64,000 nucleotides of DNA from Camelus ferus (Eukaryota), in NCBI RefSeq assembly GCF_009834535.1, contig NC_045696.1:113338001-113402000 (forward strand). Direction: 5' to 3'. Under the pieces are notes generated by a model that was given only the letters and a program-made list of their open reading frames with translations, ran no database searches and had not been told where the DNA came from. Position numbers and translations under genes: made by a program. Below, in pieces: positions 62,960-64,000 of this stretch (positions are counted from its first letter, which is position 1; each line of letters opens with the position of its first letter).

Positions 62960-64000
62960 TTTTATTTATTTCTTTTTTCCCCAGCTTTATTGAGATATAC
63001 CTAACATATAACACTGGGTAAGTTTAAAGTGTACCATGTGATGATTTAATACACACACACACATATATATATATCAGATGTTTACCACAATAAGGTTAGT
63101 TAACACATCCTTCACCTCACATAATTACCATGTTGTTGCTGTTGTTATGGTGAGAAGATTAAAGCTCTACTCTCACAGCACCTTTCAAGCATGTGATACA
63201 ACATTGTTAGCTACAGTCACCATGCTGTACATTAGATCCCTGGAACTCACTCATCTCATAACTAAAAGCTTACCCGTTTCACCAACACCTTCCCATTTCC
63301 CCCACCCTCAGCCCTTAGCAACCACCACTCTACTCTTTGTTTCTACGAAATCAGTGTTTTTAAATTTCACATATAAGTAAGATCACACAGCACTTGTCAT
63401 TCTCTGTCTGACTTATTTCACTTAGCATAATGCACTCAAGACAGGATTTCCCTCTTTTTATAGCTGAATACTATTCCATTTTATATATTTTTACACATAT
63501 ATATATCTCACATTTTCTTTATCCATTCATCCATCGAGGGATAGATAGGCTGTCTCCACGGTTTGTATTCTTTAGCTCCAGAATTTCTGTTTGGTTCTTC
63601 TTCGTGCTTTCTGTCTCTTGTTGAACTTCTCGTTTTGTTCTTGTATTGTTTTCCTGACTTTGTTAAATTGCTTACCTATGTTTTCTTTTAGCCTTCTGGG
63701 AATCTTTAGACAATTATTTTGAATTCCTTGTCACGCAAATCATGTGTCTACCTTTCTTTGGGGTCAGTTACTGGAAGTTATGGAACACAGTTACTGTACC
63801 CCTTTGGTGAATCATGTTTCCCTGATTTGTCGTGATCCCTGGACCCTTGTGTAGGTGTTTGTGCATCTGAAGAAGTATCACCTCTTCTAGACTTTGTGAG
63901 CTGACTTTGGTAAGAAAAGACCTTCACCTGCAGTTGGGGGAGGGGGGTGTTGGCATGTGCTGTGGCCCTGGGTCTAGCGGTCAGGGTGCCAAGTGTAGCG
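62960..64000 (-). mobile_element. L1 (L1MA9/10-like): 3' end joined directly to ORF1/5' sequence; runs off the window
   Basis: 62960-63560 is an L1 3' end ('ccagctttattgagatata'). From ~63562 the sequence is ORF1-like (minus strand NQTEILELKNT). Confidence 0.75.

Overview
Mammalian genomic DNA, most likely a camelid. The basis is several tRNA-Ala(AGC)-derived SINEs matching the camelid Vic-1 type, plus young L1 3' ends. The window opens on the last coding exon of thyroid hormone receptor beta (THRB, + strand, 24-265), which the ORF track missed because it has no ATG. A long 3'UTR follows, probably to about 4.9 kb. The remaining ~59 kb looks like gene-poor intergenic DNA (towards NR1D2 in other mammals) dominated by interspersed repeats: L1 of several ages, SINEs, MIR/L2/L3, MLT1/ERVL/ERV1 solo LTRs and hAT MITEs. 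None of the ORF-track entries looks like a real host gene; the protein-like ones are decayed L1 fragments. I see no convincing new multi-gene system. Most unusual items: (1) three L1 copies joining a 5' part directly to a distant 3' part, two breaking within ~25 nt of each other in ORF1; (2) a three-level L1 nest; (3) a DR4 thyroid-response-element-like motif in THRB's own 3'UTR; (4) an unidentified ~275 bp retroposed fragment; (5) a MER41-like LTR with degenerate STAT sites. Repeat family names come from recalled consensus sequences, not a search, and most boundaries are approximate.
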